64,000 bases of DNA. Source: Myxococcota bacterium. GTDB taxonomy: Bacteria > Myxococcota_A > UBA9160 > SZUA-336. The translations under genes and the position numbers were made by a program. Shown here piece after piece: positions 8,016 to 17,532 of this stretch (positions are counted from its first letter, which is position 1; each line of letters begins with the position of its first letter). Location: assembly GCA_965247115.1 (NCBI GenBank), contig CBDFGR010000003.1:768001-832000 (forward strand), given 5' to 3'. Under the pieces are notes generated by a model, which saw only the letters and a list, made by a program, of their open reading frames with translations, did not search any database and was not told where the DNA came from.

Positions 8016-11000
8016 CCCAAGGCGCCGCGATGTCGATAGCCGACCTGGATCTGGAACTGGCGCAGGATCGTCTTGCCCCGACGCGCAGCGTCCGCTCGCT
8101 GCTTCTCGATCGTGTAGGTGTACTCGGGGTTCCGAACGCTGTCCTCGCGAACGATCTCGTCCGCGCCGGCCAGGTCGACGATCCGGACCAGGTAGGAACT
8201 CCGGGAGTCGAACGGGAGGTCGTCGCCGCCAGGCTGGGCGATCGGGTCAGGGATTCCGTCCGGGGCGTTGAGACGCCACGTGAAGTGCGCGTCCCGCCCC
8301 TCGAAGTCCGTATCGTTCCCTTGCCCCAGGAGCTGCAGGCCCGTCACCTTGAACGTGGGAGTGGGGACTTCCGCGCTATTGAACGAAACCTCCGTCTTCG
8401 TCACGAAGGCAGAGAAGACACCGCCTGGCGAGAGCGAGCGAGCGCGCACGTCGTAGCGGGATCCATCGACCAATGGTCCGATGCGCACGTGGTCCGCAGT
8501 CCCTGGTAAGAGCGGTTCGACCGTCCACTCGCCAGGCAATTCCGGCGGGATCGGGTGCTCACGCCACTGGATCTGCACGTGAGCCGCTTCGATGCCGGTC
8601 TTGGAGGTCGGGATCGAGATCTCCACGAGAAGTCGGTCTCCCGCCACTACAGCGTTGCCAAGCGTCGGGACCGGAGGGGCATCAAACTTGTCGTGGCTGA
8701 TCTGCGACTCGAGCTCCGGGATGGGGCCGGTATCCGAGTCGTAGACAGCCTCGGCGTAGGGGATCAGCACAAGCTTCGCGCGAACTCCGTCGAGCGGCTC
8801 GATGCGCTTGAGGAGCATCGGAAAGGTCCCGATCACGGTCTCCACGACGTAGACCTGGTCCCCGACGACGGGCTGGTCCTCTGTGTTGGGAATCGGTGTG
8901 GAGAAGGTGACGAGCGTCCCCGGGGTCGCCGGGTTCGTGATGCCCTGGAGCGCCGTTGCCCCGGGAGGGCTCGAGGCCGAGAGTTGGAGTCGTGCCGAAT
9001 AGGTCTTCGCCGCCTCGTACTGGATCTCCTCATCGAGCACGACCGACACGACGTCCGTCCCCGAGGTGTTCACGGTCTGGATCCGGCCGTAGCCGACGCC
9101 CACCTTCATGACGTCGTCCACGAGCTCGACACGGTCGCCGACCTGGGCAGTGAGGTATTCCCAGTCCATTTCCCGCTCGACGCGTTCCGAGCGGAGCCGG
9201 CCCTGAGCGATGTGAAAGCGGCCGTGGCGCCAGAGACGGGCCGGGTTGGTCTGTCCCGGCACGCGGATGACCTCGAATTTGGAGGCGACGGTCGTGCCGC
9301 CGGCGCCATCCTCCGAGAAGCCGTCGTCGTACACGACGAGCTCGTCCGGCTCGTACTCCTTCTCCTCGTTCAGGAACGGTAGCTTGACGGCATGGGGCAG
9401 GTCCACGAAGTCCCGCTGGCCTCCCGTCCCGGCTGTGTTCCGGGGAGACACGTGCATCGAGGCGACGGGCTTCTTCTCGTCGATCGCGACGGAGTACTTC
9501 CCGTCGATCTGCGTGAAGAACCCTCGGCCCGCCGACATGATCTGGCGCAGCGACTCGATCCGCCGGCGCTCGACGTCGTGCACGGCGTCGTAGCGCCAGT
9601 TTTCGGCCTCACAGAAGGCCGCCCAGGACTGGAGCTTCGTGAGATCGACCCGCGAGAGAGGCACAGGGCGGGAGTTCGAGGAGCCACGCAGGACCTCGAG
9701 CGCCGCCCAGGCGGGGTTCCCGCCGAACTCGACGAGCGGAGCCGTGATGCCCTCCGCATCCGCGGTCGGGTGGGTGGGGTCGTAGGCGGGCAGCATCGCG
9801 CGCGCGAGGCAGTTAAAACTCTCGATCGTTCCCGAGAGCTGGTCGGTCGCCTTGATGCGCAGCGCGATCTTCGCGAGCCCGTCGAGCTTGATCGGGTCCT
9901 CGCTGCGGATCGAGCGCAGCACGACCCAGATCGCCTCGTCGTTCTCCACCCCAGAGGCCACGGCGGAGAAGGTCGAGCGGACCCGGACGTCGTACTGCCC
10001 CGAGGCCACGTCCCACGTGAACCCGATCGAGAAGGGCGTGTCTGTCTGTCGGACGATCTCCCAGGTGTCATGGATCGCGAGGCCCCCGATGCGGGGCGAG
10101 CCCTGCCCCGCCGGGATGCGCTGGACGCCTGCGGGCGTGCCCTTGATCGAGGACACGTCCTCCCAGGGATCCCCGCTCCCGGTGAGCCGAAACTGCAGCT
10201 CGAACCAGCGCCAGCCGAAGCCGACGGTCCCCCGGTTGTTCCTGCGGCTGAGACCCCGCAAAAAACGGACGTCGACCCCGATCTGGTCCACTGCGATGTC
10301 CGTGGTGCGCGTGTGCCAAGGCCCGCCGATCGCCGCCTGCACGCCGAGCGTCGTCTGGTTGTCCTGGAGCTTGACTCCGACGCCCTCCTCCTCGATCTGG
10401 GACGAGTAGAGCGTGATGGGCGGCGCGCCGGGGAAGCCCTGCCGCACCTCGGTCTCGACGTCGTCGTAGTCGCTGAGCGCGGTCTTCCCGATCCGGAACT
10501 GGTCTTCCGGCAGCTCGAGCGGGCCGAAGCCGGGAACGAACAGCAGCCGGAGGTAGTGGTCGTCGCCGACCACCTCCGTCACCGGGTTCAGGAACCACGG
10601 CTTGATCCGATTCGTGCCGAAGTGGCTCCAGATTGGGCCGCGGTTCGCGAGTTGATTCTTCGCACCTGAGAGTGTCGGGCTACCGCGTTGATCGGTCCCG
10701 TCGCCACCATCGTCTGGGCGTGAGAGGGCGTTGGTGATGAGCTGCGTAGTGAGAGTAAGCGCACCAGCGATGGCTACGTCGACAACGGCCCCCGTGATCG
10801 CTGCGGCGGTTCCACCTTGAGAGAATCCGAAGAGGTTGACCAGGAATGCTGTGATCGGTTCCGAGGCCGGCTGCGCGATGACGCCAACGAGGGATCCTGG
10901 TGCGGGCTTCAGCTCCTCAGCTCCTGGGAGAATCGGAAGATCGTCGATGGCGAATCGCAGCTGACTCGGTGGCACAGTGCCGAAGCCCACATGCTGCGCG

Positions 11001-11119
11001 ATCTCGCGCAGGCTCAGTCCCGGTTCAAGATCGAAAAATGCGCGCTGGGAGGTGAGCGGATGCTCGACCGCTACGACTCTGACCGTATCCGGATGTACTC
11101 GTGGATCATCGGTTCCCAC
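8012..11119 (-). CDS. Tail tip/host-specificity protein J (with N-terminal gpI-like domain)
   Basis: 1035 aa; GPI..HFG..RI.P, IALRIKATDQLSG, NPAW, FN3 domain; position after NlpC/P60. Confidence 0.88.
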   Translation of the reverse strand: MGTDDPRVHPDTVRVVAVEHPLTSQRAFFDLEPGLSLREIAQHVGFGTVPPSQLRFAIDDLPILPGAEELKPAPGSLVGVIAQPASEPITAFLVNLFGFSQGGTAAAITGAVVDVAIAGALTLTTQLITNALSRPDDGGDGTDQRGSPTLSGAKNQLANRGPIWSHFGTNRIKPWFLNPVTEVVGDDHYLRLLFVPGFGPLELPEDQFRIGKTALSDYDDVETEVRQGFPGAPPITLYSSQIEEEGVGVKLQDNQTTLGVQAAIGGPWHTRTTDIAVDQIGVDVRFLRGLSRRNNRGTVGFGWRWFELQFRLTGSGDPWEDVSSIKGTPAGVQRIPAGQGSPRIGGLAIHDTWEIVRQTDTPFSIGFTWDVASGQYDVRVRSTFSAVASGVENDEAIWVVLRSIRSEDPIKLDGLAKIALRIKATDQLSGTIESFNCLARAMLPAYDPTHPTADAEGITAPLVEFGGNPAWAALEVLRGSSNSRPVPLSRVDLTKLQSWAAFCEAENWRYDAVHDVERRRIESLRQIMSAGRGFFTQIDGKYSVAIDEKKPVASMHVSPRNTAGTGGQRDFVDLPHAVKLPFLNEEKEYEPDELVVYDDGFSEDGAGGTTVASKFEVIRVPGQTNPARLWRHGRFHIAQGRLRSERVEREMDWEYLTAQVGDRVELVDDVMKVGVGYGRIQTVNTSGTDVVSVVLDEEIQYEAAKTYSARLQLSASSPPGATALQGITNPATPGTLVTFSTPIPNTEDQPVVGDQVYVVETVIGTFPMLLKRIEPLDGVRAKLVLIPYAEAVYDSDTGPIPELESQISHDKFDAPPVPTLGNAVVAGDRLLVEISIPTSKTGIEAAHVQIQWREHPIPPELPGEWTVEPLLPGTADHVRIGPLVDGSRYDVRARSLSPGGVFSAFVTKTEVSFNSAEVPTPTFKVTGLQLLGQGNDTDFEGRDAHFTWRLNAPDGIPDPIAQPGGDDLPFDSRSSYLVRIVDLAGADEIVREDSVRNPEYTYTIEKQRADAARRGKTILRQFQIQVGYRHRGALG

Positions 11120-11466
11120 AGACGCGTCCTATACGGCTCGAGCACGGAGCCCGCGGCCTTTCTGGAGTGCAGCATCAGATTCTCTGCCACGACCAGGCCC
11201 AGGTGAGAGATCCAGCCGTGGGCCTTGAAGGTGACGAGATCACAGAGATCCGGGATGTCGACTATCTCGTAGGCCTGAGCCTTGTTCGAGATCAGATCGT
11301 GCAGCGCGGAGCGATCGTCGATGTTGTAGTCGAAGCTTGGAAGGCGGACGCCGAGCTGATCCCCGACGACCAGACGCACGAGCTGCCAGCAATCGGCCGT
11401 TTCAAACGGGATCCCGACGTACTGGCTCACCCATTCGGGCGGATGCCGGGACGGGACCACACTCAA
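11071..11466 (-). CDS. NlpC/P60 tail tip protein (gpK-like)
   Basis: YVGIPF...DCWQLV ... HLGLV...MLH catalytic Cys/His pattern. Confidence 0.85.
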   Translation of the reverse strand: MSVVPSRHPPEWVSQYVGIPFETADCWQLVRLVVGDQLGVRLPSFDYNIDDRSALHDLISNKAQAYEIVDIPDLCDLVTFKAHGWISHLGLVVAENLMLHSRKAAGSVLEPYRTRLWEPMIHEYIRIRSES

Positions 11467-11930
11467 AACGCTCCCGGCGTGGTCTTGGGATCAAATCGGT
11501 AGCCGGGATAGGCGTCGTTCAAGAAGTCATCCACGAGGAGGTCGACCTCGACGCCGAGCTCCGAGTACCGCGCCTGGCCCCACTGGAAAAGAAAAGGGCC
11601 GTGCTGGACCGTCGTCGGGTCCGAGATCGAGACGAAGTCGATCTGGGTCGTAGGCGCAGAGGAAGTGCTGCGGATCGCGTCGATCAGATCTCGCAGGACA
11701 TTGTCGACCACGAGCGTGCCGCGTGGCTCCCCCTCGGAGAAGTCGGCAGGCAGCGTGATGGCGACGTTGCGCGCAATCCATGTCTCGCCACCGGGTCCGA
11801 CCACGTCCTCGGTGTTGTCCACCAGCCGCACCGGCTCTGGGAGCTCGTCGTGTGTGATCGTGACGAGGGTCAGGATTCCCTCCGTGGAGCGCGGCTTCAG
11901 CGTCTCCCGGGTGAACGCGTCGGTGGGCAT
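11463..11930 (-). CDS. Minor tail protein (DUF1833/gpL-like)
   Basis: LVTITH..L.EPVRLV.N, LVVDNV...L, YP..RF.P...PG.F. Confidence 0.8.
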   Translation of the reverse strand: MPTDAFTRETLKPRSTEGILTLVTITHDELPEPVRLVDNTEDVVGPGGETWIARNVAITLPADFSEGEPRGTLVVDNVLRDLIDAIRSTSSAPTTQIDFVSISDPTTVQHGPFLFQWGQARYSELGVEVDLLVDDFLNDAYPGYRFDPKTTPGAF

Positions 11931-11932
11931 CG

Positions 11933-12298
11933 CTATGCCGGCAGCCTGACGACAGCGAACTCGATGTTGACGTTGTCGGCCTCGAAGTGGAGCTTGTTGG
12001 TGGTCTGCCTCCAGCCAGAGGTCTTGTAGGGTCCGAAGATCCGGATGCCCGGGCGTCCCCCTACCGCAGCGGGCACAGAGGCGGTGGCATCGCGCGTACG
12101 GTGCAGCGAGTCCGGGATCGACGTGATCGTCACGTTGTGCGCGCCGCCCGTATCGACATTCTGGGCGATGATCATCTCGGTTCCGGTGAGCGCCGTCTCC
12201 TCCTTGTTCGTGACATCGGCCGCGACAAAGGGGAGATTCTTGCCTGTATAGTCGACATTCCCGACTGCAACGACGGCAATGTGATTCTGGCGCAGCAT
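11933..12298 (-). CDS. Virion structural protein, paralog of 15868-16218
   Basis: Shared AAD.TN.E...TG.E.IIA.N...AH.VTITSI.D...RTR...FG....GW.Q...KL.FEAD. Confidence 0.75.
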   Translation of the reverse strand: MLRQNHIAVVAVGNVDYTGKNLPFVAADVTNKEETALTGTEMIIAQNVDTGGAHNVTITSIPDSLHRTRDATASVPAAVGGRPGIRIFGPYKTSGWRQTTNKLHFEADNVNIEFAVVRLPA

Positions 12299-12311
12299 TG
12301 CATGCCCCCCG

Positions 12312-12671
12312 TTACGGCAGGATCAGGAGCGACATGACGCTCTGCCAGATCGGCCCATTGCTGTCTACACCGATGGACGTCCACTCAGACGGAGCCAGGA
12401 AAGCAAACGACACTGTCGTGCCATCGATGGGATCCTTCCAATCGAAGGAGTCAGAGCCCTCTTTCAGCGTCGTGATGTAGAACGTCTTGAAGGTCGACCT
12501 CTGCGCGTTCGTGAGCTTGATCAGCACGCCGGTCGGTTCCGAAGCAACTGTCGCCCGCCGCCTGGTCTTGAATGGTCCCACGGAGACGGGGGAACGCAGA
12601 ACCGCGTCAACCCGCGAGTGTCGGACTCCGACGAATATGTCCTGAGGAAGCGTCGCCGGCCAGGTGGGCAT
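12312..12671 (-). CDS. Distal tail protein (gpM-like)
   Basis: MPTWPATLPQ, GP.KTRRR, F..FY...L..G...F.W.DP; directly after TMP. Confidence 0.85.
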   Translation of the reverse strand: MPTWPATLPQDIFVGVRHSRVDAVLRSPVSVGPFKTRRRATVASEPTGVLIKLTNAQRSTFKTFYITTLKEGSDSFDWKDPIDGTTVSFAFLAPSEWTSIGVDSNGPIWQSVMSLLILP

Positions 12672-14699
12672 TCACCGTCTCGTGGCGCGTCGCGGTACGT
12701 CGAAAGTCTGCTCCATTGTCTGGCCCAGCCGGCCTGTCTGCATGCTCCGTGAAGCGACGCTCTCGATCACGATCTCGATGTCGCGGTCGAAGGCGGACTG
12801 TCGCTCTCGGGCGGACTGCACGTCGACGGGCTGGCCGTTATTGATGACCGTCACATTGAGTCCCCTGCCGCCGCCGCCCGCGAACATGGAGAGCGGAATC
12901 ACAGCTTCCGGCCCACGCTCCCCGATCATCGCAAACGTAGGGCGACGCACAACGCCACCCTCTGCGAGGCCCAAGATCTTGCCCAACGCCCCCACTAGGC
13001 CGCCCGTGCCAGTTCCTCCAGCTCCTCCAGTTGCGGTAGCACCGCTAGAGCCCGCCGCGACGCCGGCCTGGATAAGCCGCTGCGTCGTGATTTGCTTCTC
13101 GATGGCTAGGAGCTCCTTCCGCGTCTGGATCTCGTCCTTGAAGAACTTCCCAAGGGTCCGCTCGATGATGAGCTCCGCTGACTTGGCAGCGATCAGCTGC
13201 AAGACGTTCTGCAGGAGTAGCTGTCCCGCCTCGCCGGCTTCCAAGCTCCCAGACAGAAGACCTTGGAGAGGGCCCTGCACGATGCCCTCGAGGTCGCTTC
13301 GCATCGTTTCGTACTGTTCGATCTGGGTTTCGAGCTCGTCCCTGATGAGCCGATCCGTCTCCGCCTGCCACTCCTTCTCAAGGGTGATCTGTCGCGCCTG
13401 CTCCAGCTGGCCGACGGTTGCGGCTCTCGCGCGTTCGATCTCCGCGGCGCTCTTGCCAGCAGCCTCACCCCACTTCTCGAGCTCCTCGGTGGTCTGCTGG
13501 ACTTTGAATTCGAACTCCCCGATCTCGAGCTTGCGGAGTTCGTCGGCAACCCGCTGGATCGTCGCCTCGAAGCGCTGGGCCGCCTTCTCCTGTTCCTTGC
13601 GGGCACGCCCGAAGGCTTGGATCTCTTTCTCGCTCAGTCCGAGGCCTGCGCTCTCCGGGGCTTCCACCGCCGCGCCCTCGCGCGCACCGAGCCTGCCGCG
13701 AAGATCGTGGAGCTTCCGCTGCGCCTCAAGCTCCTTATTGATCCGATCCTGGACCTCGGCCTTCTGGAAAATCCCGCCGAAGATCCCCACCTCGATCGGC
13801 GGCAGATCCCGCAGTCGCTCGAGCTCGGCCTCGGTCTCGGCGATCTGACGCTTGAGTGCGCTCGTACCGAGAGAATCGAGGTCGCGCATCCCTTCGATCC
13901 AGCGACCAACGGCGACCGCTGCCTCGATCGCGCTTTCAGCCCAGTCGCGGATGGTGTCAGCATTCTCCGCGATCGCGATCGAGGTCTGTATCTGTAGGAC
14001 CTGAGACAGATCGGACAGCTGGTCCTTCGCCTCGACCAGACCGTCGACCATATCCTGAGTCATCACGGCCCCGAGGTCCTGCGCCCGCTGGCGCATCCGA
14101 TTCAGCTCGTCCGAGCCGTTTTGCAGGACCTGGATCAGCCGCACGCCCTCGGAGTCGAAGAGCTTGAAGGCGAGGCGCACGCGTTGCGTCGGATCCTCGA
14201 CCTGGGAGAGCGCGTCTGCGACCTTGCCGAGAGCGTCCTCGGCCGAGAGATTCGATGCGACCAGGTCCTCTCCGAGAATGGCCTCGAGCTCTTTCAGGGC
14301 AAAGAGCGCCTCACCAGTGCCCCGACGGGCTTCGCCCAGACGACGCGTGAAACGCTGCATGCCCATGTCGAACGTGCGGATATCCACACCCGCACGCTGG
14401 GCGGCAAAGCGAAGCTCCTGGAGCGCCTCGACATTGATCCCGAGTCGCTTCGAGGCTTTGTCGATCGAGTCCGCGAGCTCAAACGCGCGCTTCGTAGCGA
14501 CAGCGAAGCCCGCACCTATGACGGCAGCGCCGGCGGCGATGACGCTGGCCGGTATGGCGGCTTTCCCGAGAGCCCTCCCGATCCGAGACATCCGGCCCTT
14601 CGCCCCGTCCAGCTCTCGCTCCACGAGCCGCAGCTGTCGCGTGAAGGGCTTCTTGTCGAGGCCCAGGACCGCGACCATGCTACCGACCGGGGTTGGCAT
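12672..14699 (-). CDS. Tail tape measure protein
   Basis: Helical Ala/Gln-rich 675 aa, LQELRFAA, LF.SEG..L, C-terminal AEGGVV..PT.AMIGE.GPEAVIPL. Confidence 0.92.
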   Translation of the reverse strand: MPTPVGSMVAVLGLDKKPFTRQLRLVERELDGAKGRMSRIGRALGKAAIPASVIAAGAAVIGAGFAVATKRAFELADSIDKASKRLGINVEALQELRFAAQRAGVDIRTFDMGMQRFTRRLGEARRGTGEALFALKELEAILGEDLVASNLSAEDALGKVADALSQVEDPTQRVRLAFKLFDSEGVRLIQVLQNGSDELNRMRQRAQDLGAVMTQDMVDGLVEAKDQLSDLSQVLQIQTSIAIAENADTIRDWAESAIEAAVAVGRWIEGMRDLDSLGTSALKRQIAETEAELERLRDLPPIEVGIFGGIFQKAEVQDRINKELEAQRKLHDLRGRLGAREGAAVEAPESAGLGLSEKEIQAFGRARKEQEKAAQRFEATIQRVADELRKLEIGEFEFKVQQTTEELEKWGEAAGKSAAEIERARAATVGQLEQARQITLEKEWQAETDRLIRDELETQIEQYETMRSDLEGIVQGPLQGLLSGSLEAGEAGQLLLQNVLQLIAAKSAELIIERTLGKFFKDEIQTRKELLAIEKQITTQRLIQAGVAAGSSGATATGGAGGTGTGGLVGALGKILGLAEGGVVRRPTFAMIGERGPEAVIPLSMFAGGGGRGLNVTVINNGQPVDVQSARERQSAFDRDIEIVIESVASRSMQTGRLGQTMEQTFDVPRRATRR

Positions 14700-14700
14700 C

Positions 14701-15051
14701 CTACTCGTCCTCCTTTGTGCCCTCGCCAAGCTTGTCGACAATCATGTCGCGCAATTCGTCCCCGCTCATCGGTTCCAACGGATCAAGATCCACATTGGAG
14801 AAGAACCCGATCAGGTCCGCTGGACGGAGATGCTTCTTAGAGTGCGGCCAGAGCAGGATCGTCGCCAGCGTCGCAGCGCGGTAGTCGTCGCGGCGATCGC
14901 CAAAGCCCTCGACGCGCTCAAAGGCCATCCACTCGGCGAAGAGACGTGAACTCCCGATCTCGTCGAGAAGCTGGTCGGGATCGAGCCGGCGGAAGTGTGC
15001 CGCTAGACGGAAGAGGAAACGTCGCTCGGCTGATCCTCGGAATCTTTTCCC
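14701..15051 (-). CDS. Tail assembly chaperone gpT portion (reached by -1 frameshift)
   Basis: -1 frame after GGGAAAA reads RFRGSAERRFLFRLAAHF...LFAEWMAFERVEGFGDRRDDYRAA. Confidence 0.85.
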   Translation of the reverse strand, partial: GKRFRGSAERRFLFRLAAHFRRLDPDQLLDEIGSSRLFAEWMAFERVEGFGDRRDDYRAATLATILLWPHSKKHLRPADLIGFFSNVDLDPLEPMSGDELRDMIVDKLGEGTKEDE

Positions 15052-15443
15052 AGCTCGTCGACGTGCTCCTCATCCAGCGCAGAGAGCCTGCCGATCACCG
15101 CAGAGATGCGCTCGATCACCTTCGGGTTCTTCCGGTTGAGAAGCTCCACGTCTTCGAGTTCGAACTTCTGCGATCCGTCCTGCTCGATCGTGCCCCGCAC
15201 TACGACGTGCGTGTCGTAATCCTTGCGCAGCCGGATTTCTCTGCCGTCGTTCAGCGTCACCACATAGCTGTCCTCGACGGAATGGTCGGCGATCGAGAGT
15301 TCTCGTAGCTCCGAGCGTTCCAGCGCCGTCAGACACCGGCATAGGATCTTGCCGCCCCATTCGGGGACTTCGACCTCCTCGCGCTCCAGGTCGTCGGCGC
15401 GCAGCACCTGGTCGCGACTCAGATAGCTACCGTTCTCAGGCAT
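15003..15443 (-). CDS. Tail assembly chaperone gpG
   Basis: LSRDQVL.ADDL..EEVEVPEWGG....R.LT..ER; slippery G GGA AAA near 3' end. Confidence 0.88.
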   Translation of the reverse strand: MPENGSYLSRDQVLRADDLEREEVEVPEWGGKILCRCLTALERSELRELSIADHSVEDSYVVTLNDGREIRLRKDYDTHVVVRGTIEQDGSQKFELEDVELLNRKNPKVIERISAVIGRLSALDEEHVDELGKDSEDQPSDVSSSV

Positions 15444-15451
15444 GTCGTCTC

Positions 15452-15855
15452 CTACTGGCCCGCGACCTTGAGAGTGATGTTCCCTGTGAGCTTGCCAGAC
15501 ACGGGCGAGCTCCGATCAAAGGTCGATACGATGCACGGATAGGACAGCTCGGTCGCTCCAACGTCGGGAAGGACCAGCTTGAAGTTTCGGACAGCGCCGC
15601 TCTCCTCGAGAGACTTCAGGGTGATATGGGTCGCCTGAGCGGGATCCCAGTTGATCTCACCGCTGATCTCTCCACCGTCCAGCGTTCCGGCGACATACTG
15701 TTCGATACCGCCGGGCGACTGGTGGTGGTGGTCTCGAACATGCGCCGGGCGCGTCCGGTGATGGCGAGATCGCGAATCTCGGAGATCGCGGTAAAGACCT
15801 CCGGGGTCGCGGCATCTCCGACCTGGAGCTGTGTTCCGAATGACTTGACGGACAT
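15452..15855 (-). pseudogene. Major tail tube protein, 1-nt frameshift at ~15725
   Basis: MSVKSFGTQLQVGDAATPEVFTAISEI...FETTT and HQSPGGIEQYVAGTLDGGEIS...ITLKVAGQ lie in different frames across an (ACC)4 run. Confidence 0.85.
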
Positions 15856-15867
15856 GGAGACCCCTCC

Positions 15868-16218
15868 CTAGTTGCTGAGTCGGATCACGCCGAACTTGAT
15901 TTCCGCGTGGTCCGCCTCGAAGTAGAGCTTTCCGTCGATCTGCTTCCAGCCGCTTCCGCTGAACCGGCCGAAACACCGATACTCATCTGCCGCCATCGAG
16001 ACCGCCGCGACGTTCCTCGTGCGTCCGAAGTCGTCGGCGATGCTCGTAATGGTCACTGTGTGCGCCAAGAGCCCGGTGTTGTGCGCGATGATCAGCTCGC
16101 GCCCGGTCCACGTAGCTTGCTCGTCGTTCGTCGTGTCCGCGGCCAGCATCGTTATCACGGCACCGTCGTAGTCGATCGGGCCGGGCTCGGCGACTGGCGT
16201 GTGATCTATCCGTGGCAT
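15868..16218 (-). CDS. Virion structural protein (paralog of 11933-12298)
   Basis: Strong RBS, position before tail tube, similarity to 11933-12298. Confidence 0.75.
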   Translation of the reverse strand: MPRIDHTPVAEPGPIDYDGAVITMLAADTTNDEQATWTGRELIIAHNTGLLAHTVTITSIADDFGRTRNVAAVSMAADEYRCFGRFSGSGWKQIDGKLYFEADHAEIKFGVIRLSN

Positions 16219-16221
16219 CGA

Positions 16222-16455
16222 TCAGTCCTCCTTGCTTGTGAGAGAGGATTTCCGAGTTGCCCTGCTTCTCGCGGCCGCGGGCGCTGCTTTCACCGTTGGC
16301 CCCGCCGCCGGGGCATAAGGCGGCGGCGGAGGCGGCTGATGGTAGTTTCGGAGGTGCGCCTCCATCGTCGCGAGGTCCAGTGTTTTCAAGGGACAGGAAT
16401 CACACTCGTAGTTGTCGTGACCGGCCCACTTCCCGACCGTGTATCCCTCTGGCAT
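16222..16455 (-). CDS. Small C2H2 zinc-finger-like protein
   Basis: YECDSC-x12-HLRNYH; GGAGG RBS; Pro/Ala/Lys tail. Confidence 0.65.
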   Translation of the reverse strand: MPEGYTVGKWAGHDNYECDSCPLKTLDLATMEAHLRNYHQPPPPPPYAPAAGPTVKAAPAAARSRATRKSSLTSKED

Positions 16456-16466
16456 CCGACCCTCCC

Positions 16467-16907
16467 TCAGATCAGAACGGAATCCGGCGATTGCGCCAGG
16501 ACCTCGTACTCGATCGCATACTGAAGTTGAACCGCGAAGAGTCGGCTCTGCTCTCCGCTCGCGGAAAAGGCGGTCTGCACGAGCATCTGATCCTTCACGC
16601 CGCTGAGGAGGCCATTGCCCATCGATTGCTCCGTCTCCAGAGACATCGCGTCGGCCTCGACTCTTGTGCGCGCGATCAAGGTGATGAAGACGGACAGCGT
16701 CCGCACCTGGGCGTGCATCCCGGGACCGCCCTCTAGATCTCGGATCTCGATGGTCTCCGGCTCACCCGGTTCGACTACTACCGCCGGAATCTGATTCTGA
16801 TTGACCGACTGGACCTGGTCCTCGAACACCGAGGCCGCGGGACTCCCGATTTCGTTCACCCGGCTGGCGATGATCTCGTCCAGGATCGTTCGACGATGAT
16901 GCGGCAC
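16467..16907 (-). CDS. Tail terminator (gpU-like)
   Basis: H.R..I, PAVVV, RTLSV.I, position in neck module. Confidence 0.7.
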   Translation of the reverse strand: MPHHRRTILDEIIASRVNEIGSPAASVFEDQVQSVNQNQIPAVVVEPGEPETIEIRDLEGGPGMHAQVRTLSVFITLIARTRVEADAMSLETEQSMGNGLLSGVKDQMLVQTAFSASGEQSRLFAVQLQYAIEYEVLAQSPDSVLI

Positions 16908-16911
16908 TGCT

Positions 16912-17532
16912 TCACTTTCGCGCGCGTAGTTTCTGTATCTCCCGCGTCACCTTTTTTGGGAGCTCCCGGCGCGCTGTCCGGAACGCCACCTTGAAGAACT
17001 CGAGCCGCGGCTGGAGCCTTGCGCGATCGACCAGCGCGTACAGGACACTGATCGATGAGGTTCGGCCGACCCGCTGTAGGATGACCGTCCCCCTCCGGTT
17101 GACGAAGCCTCGCCCACCCGGTTTGACGACCTCGGCGGGATGCAACCGCTTCGGCACCCGCCCGCGCTTCCCGCGCTTGACGGAGATCGGAATCGCGAGC
17201 TTGCTCCCGAACGCCAGATGATCGCCGTCGAGCGCGCTGATCGTGGAGCCGCGTTGGTGATCCTCGAGGATCTCGCCCGTCTTCTTCCTGGGGAAGAGCC
17301 TCACCTCTAGGCGACGAGGCGAGGCGCCTCGAAAGGCGAAGCCACGGTCCGCAAGGAAGGCGCGCGTGCTGGGTCCGGAGAATCGGAAGACACGCCTCAC
17401 GTGAGCCGCTTCCGCATCCCGCATCTCGAAGGCCGTCTTGTTGAGAGCGCCGGCGAGGACGCGGGGCAGATCTCGCTTGTCGAGCTCGCGCAGCGTCTTC
17501 TCGAGCGAGCGCGTATCAAGCTCGAGGCTCAC
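16912..17532 (-). CDS. Tail completion protein (gpZ-like)
   Basis: Basic protein, ALNKTA motif, neck position. Confidence 0.7.
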   Translation of the reverse strand: MSLELDTRSLEKTLRELDKRDLPRVLAGALNKTAFEMRDAEAAHVRRVFRFSGPSTRAFLADRGFAFRGASPRRLEVRLFPRKKTGEILEDHQRGSTISALDGDHLAFGSKLAIPISVKRGKRGRVPKRLHPAEVVKPGGRGFVNRRGTVILQRVGRTSSISVLYALVDRARLQPRLEFFKVAFRTARRELPKKVTREIQKLRARK

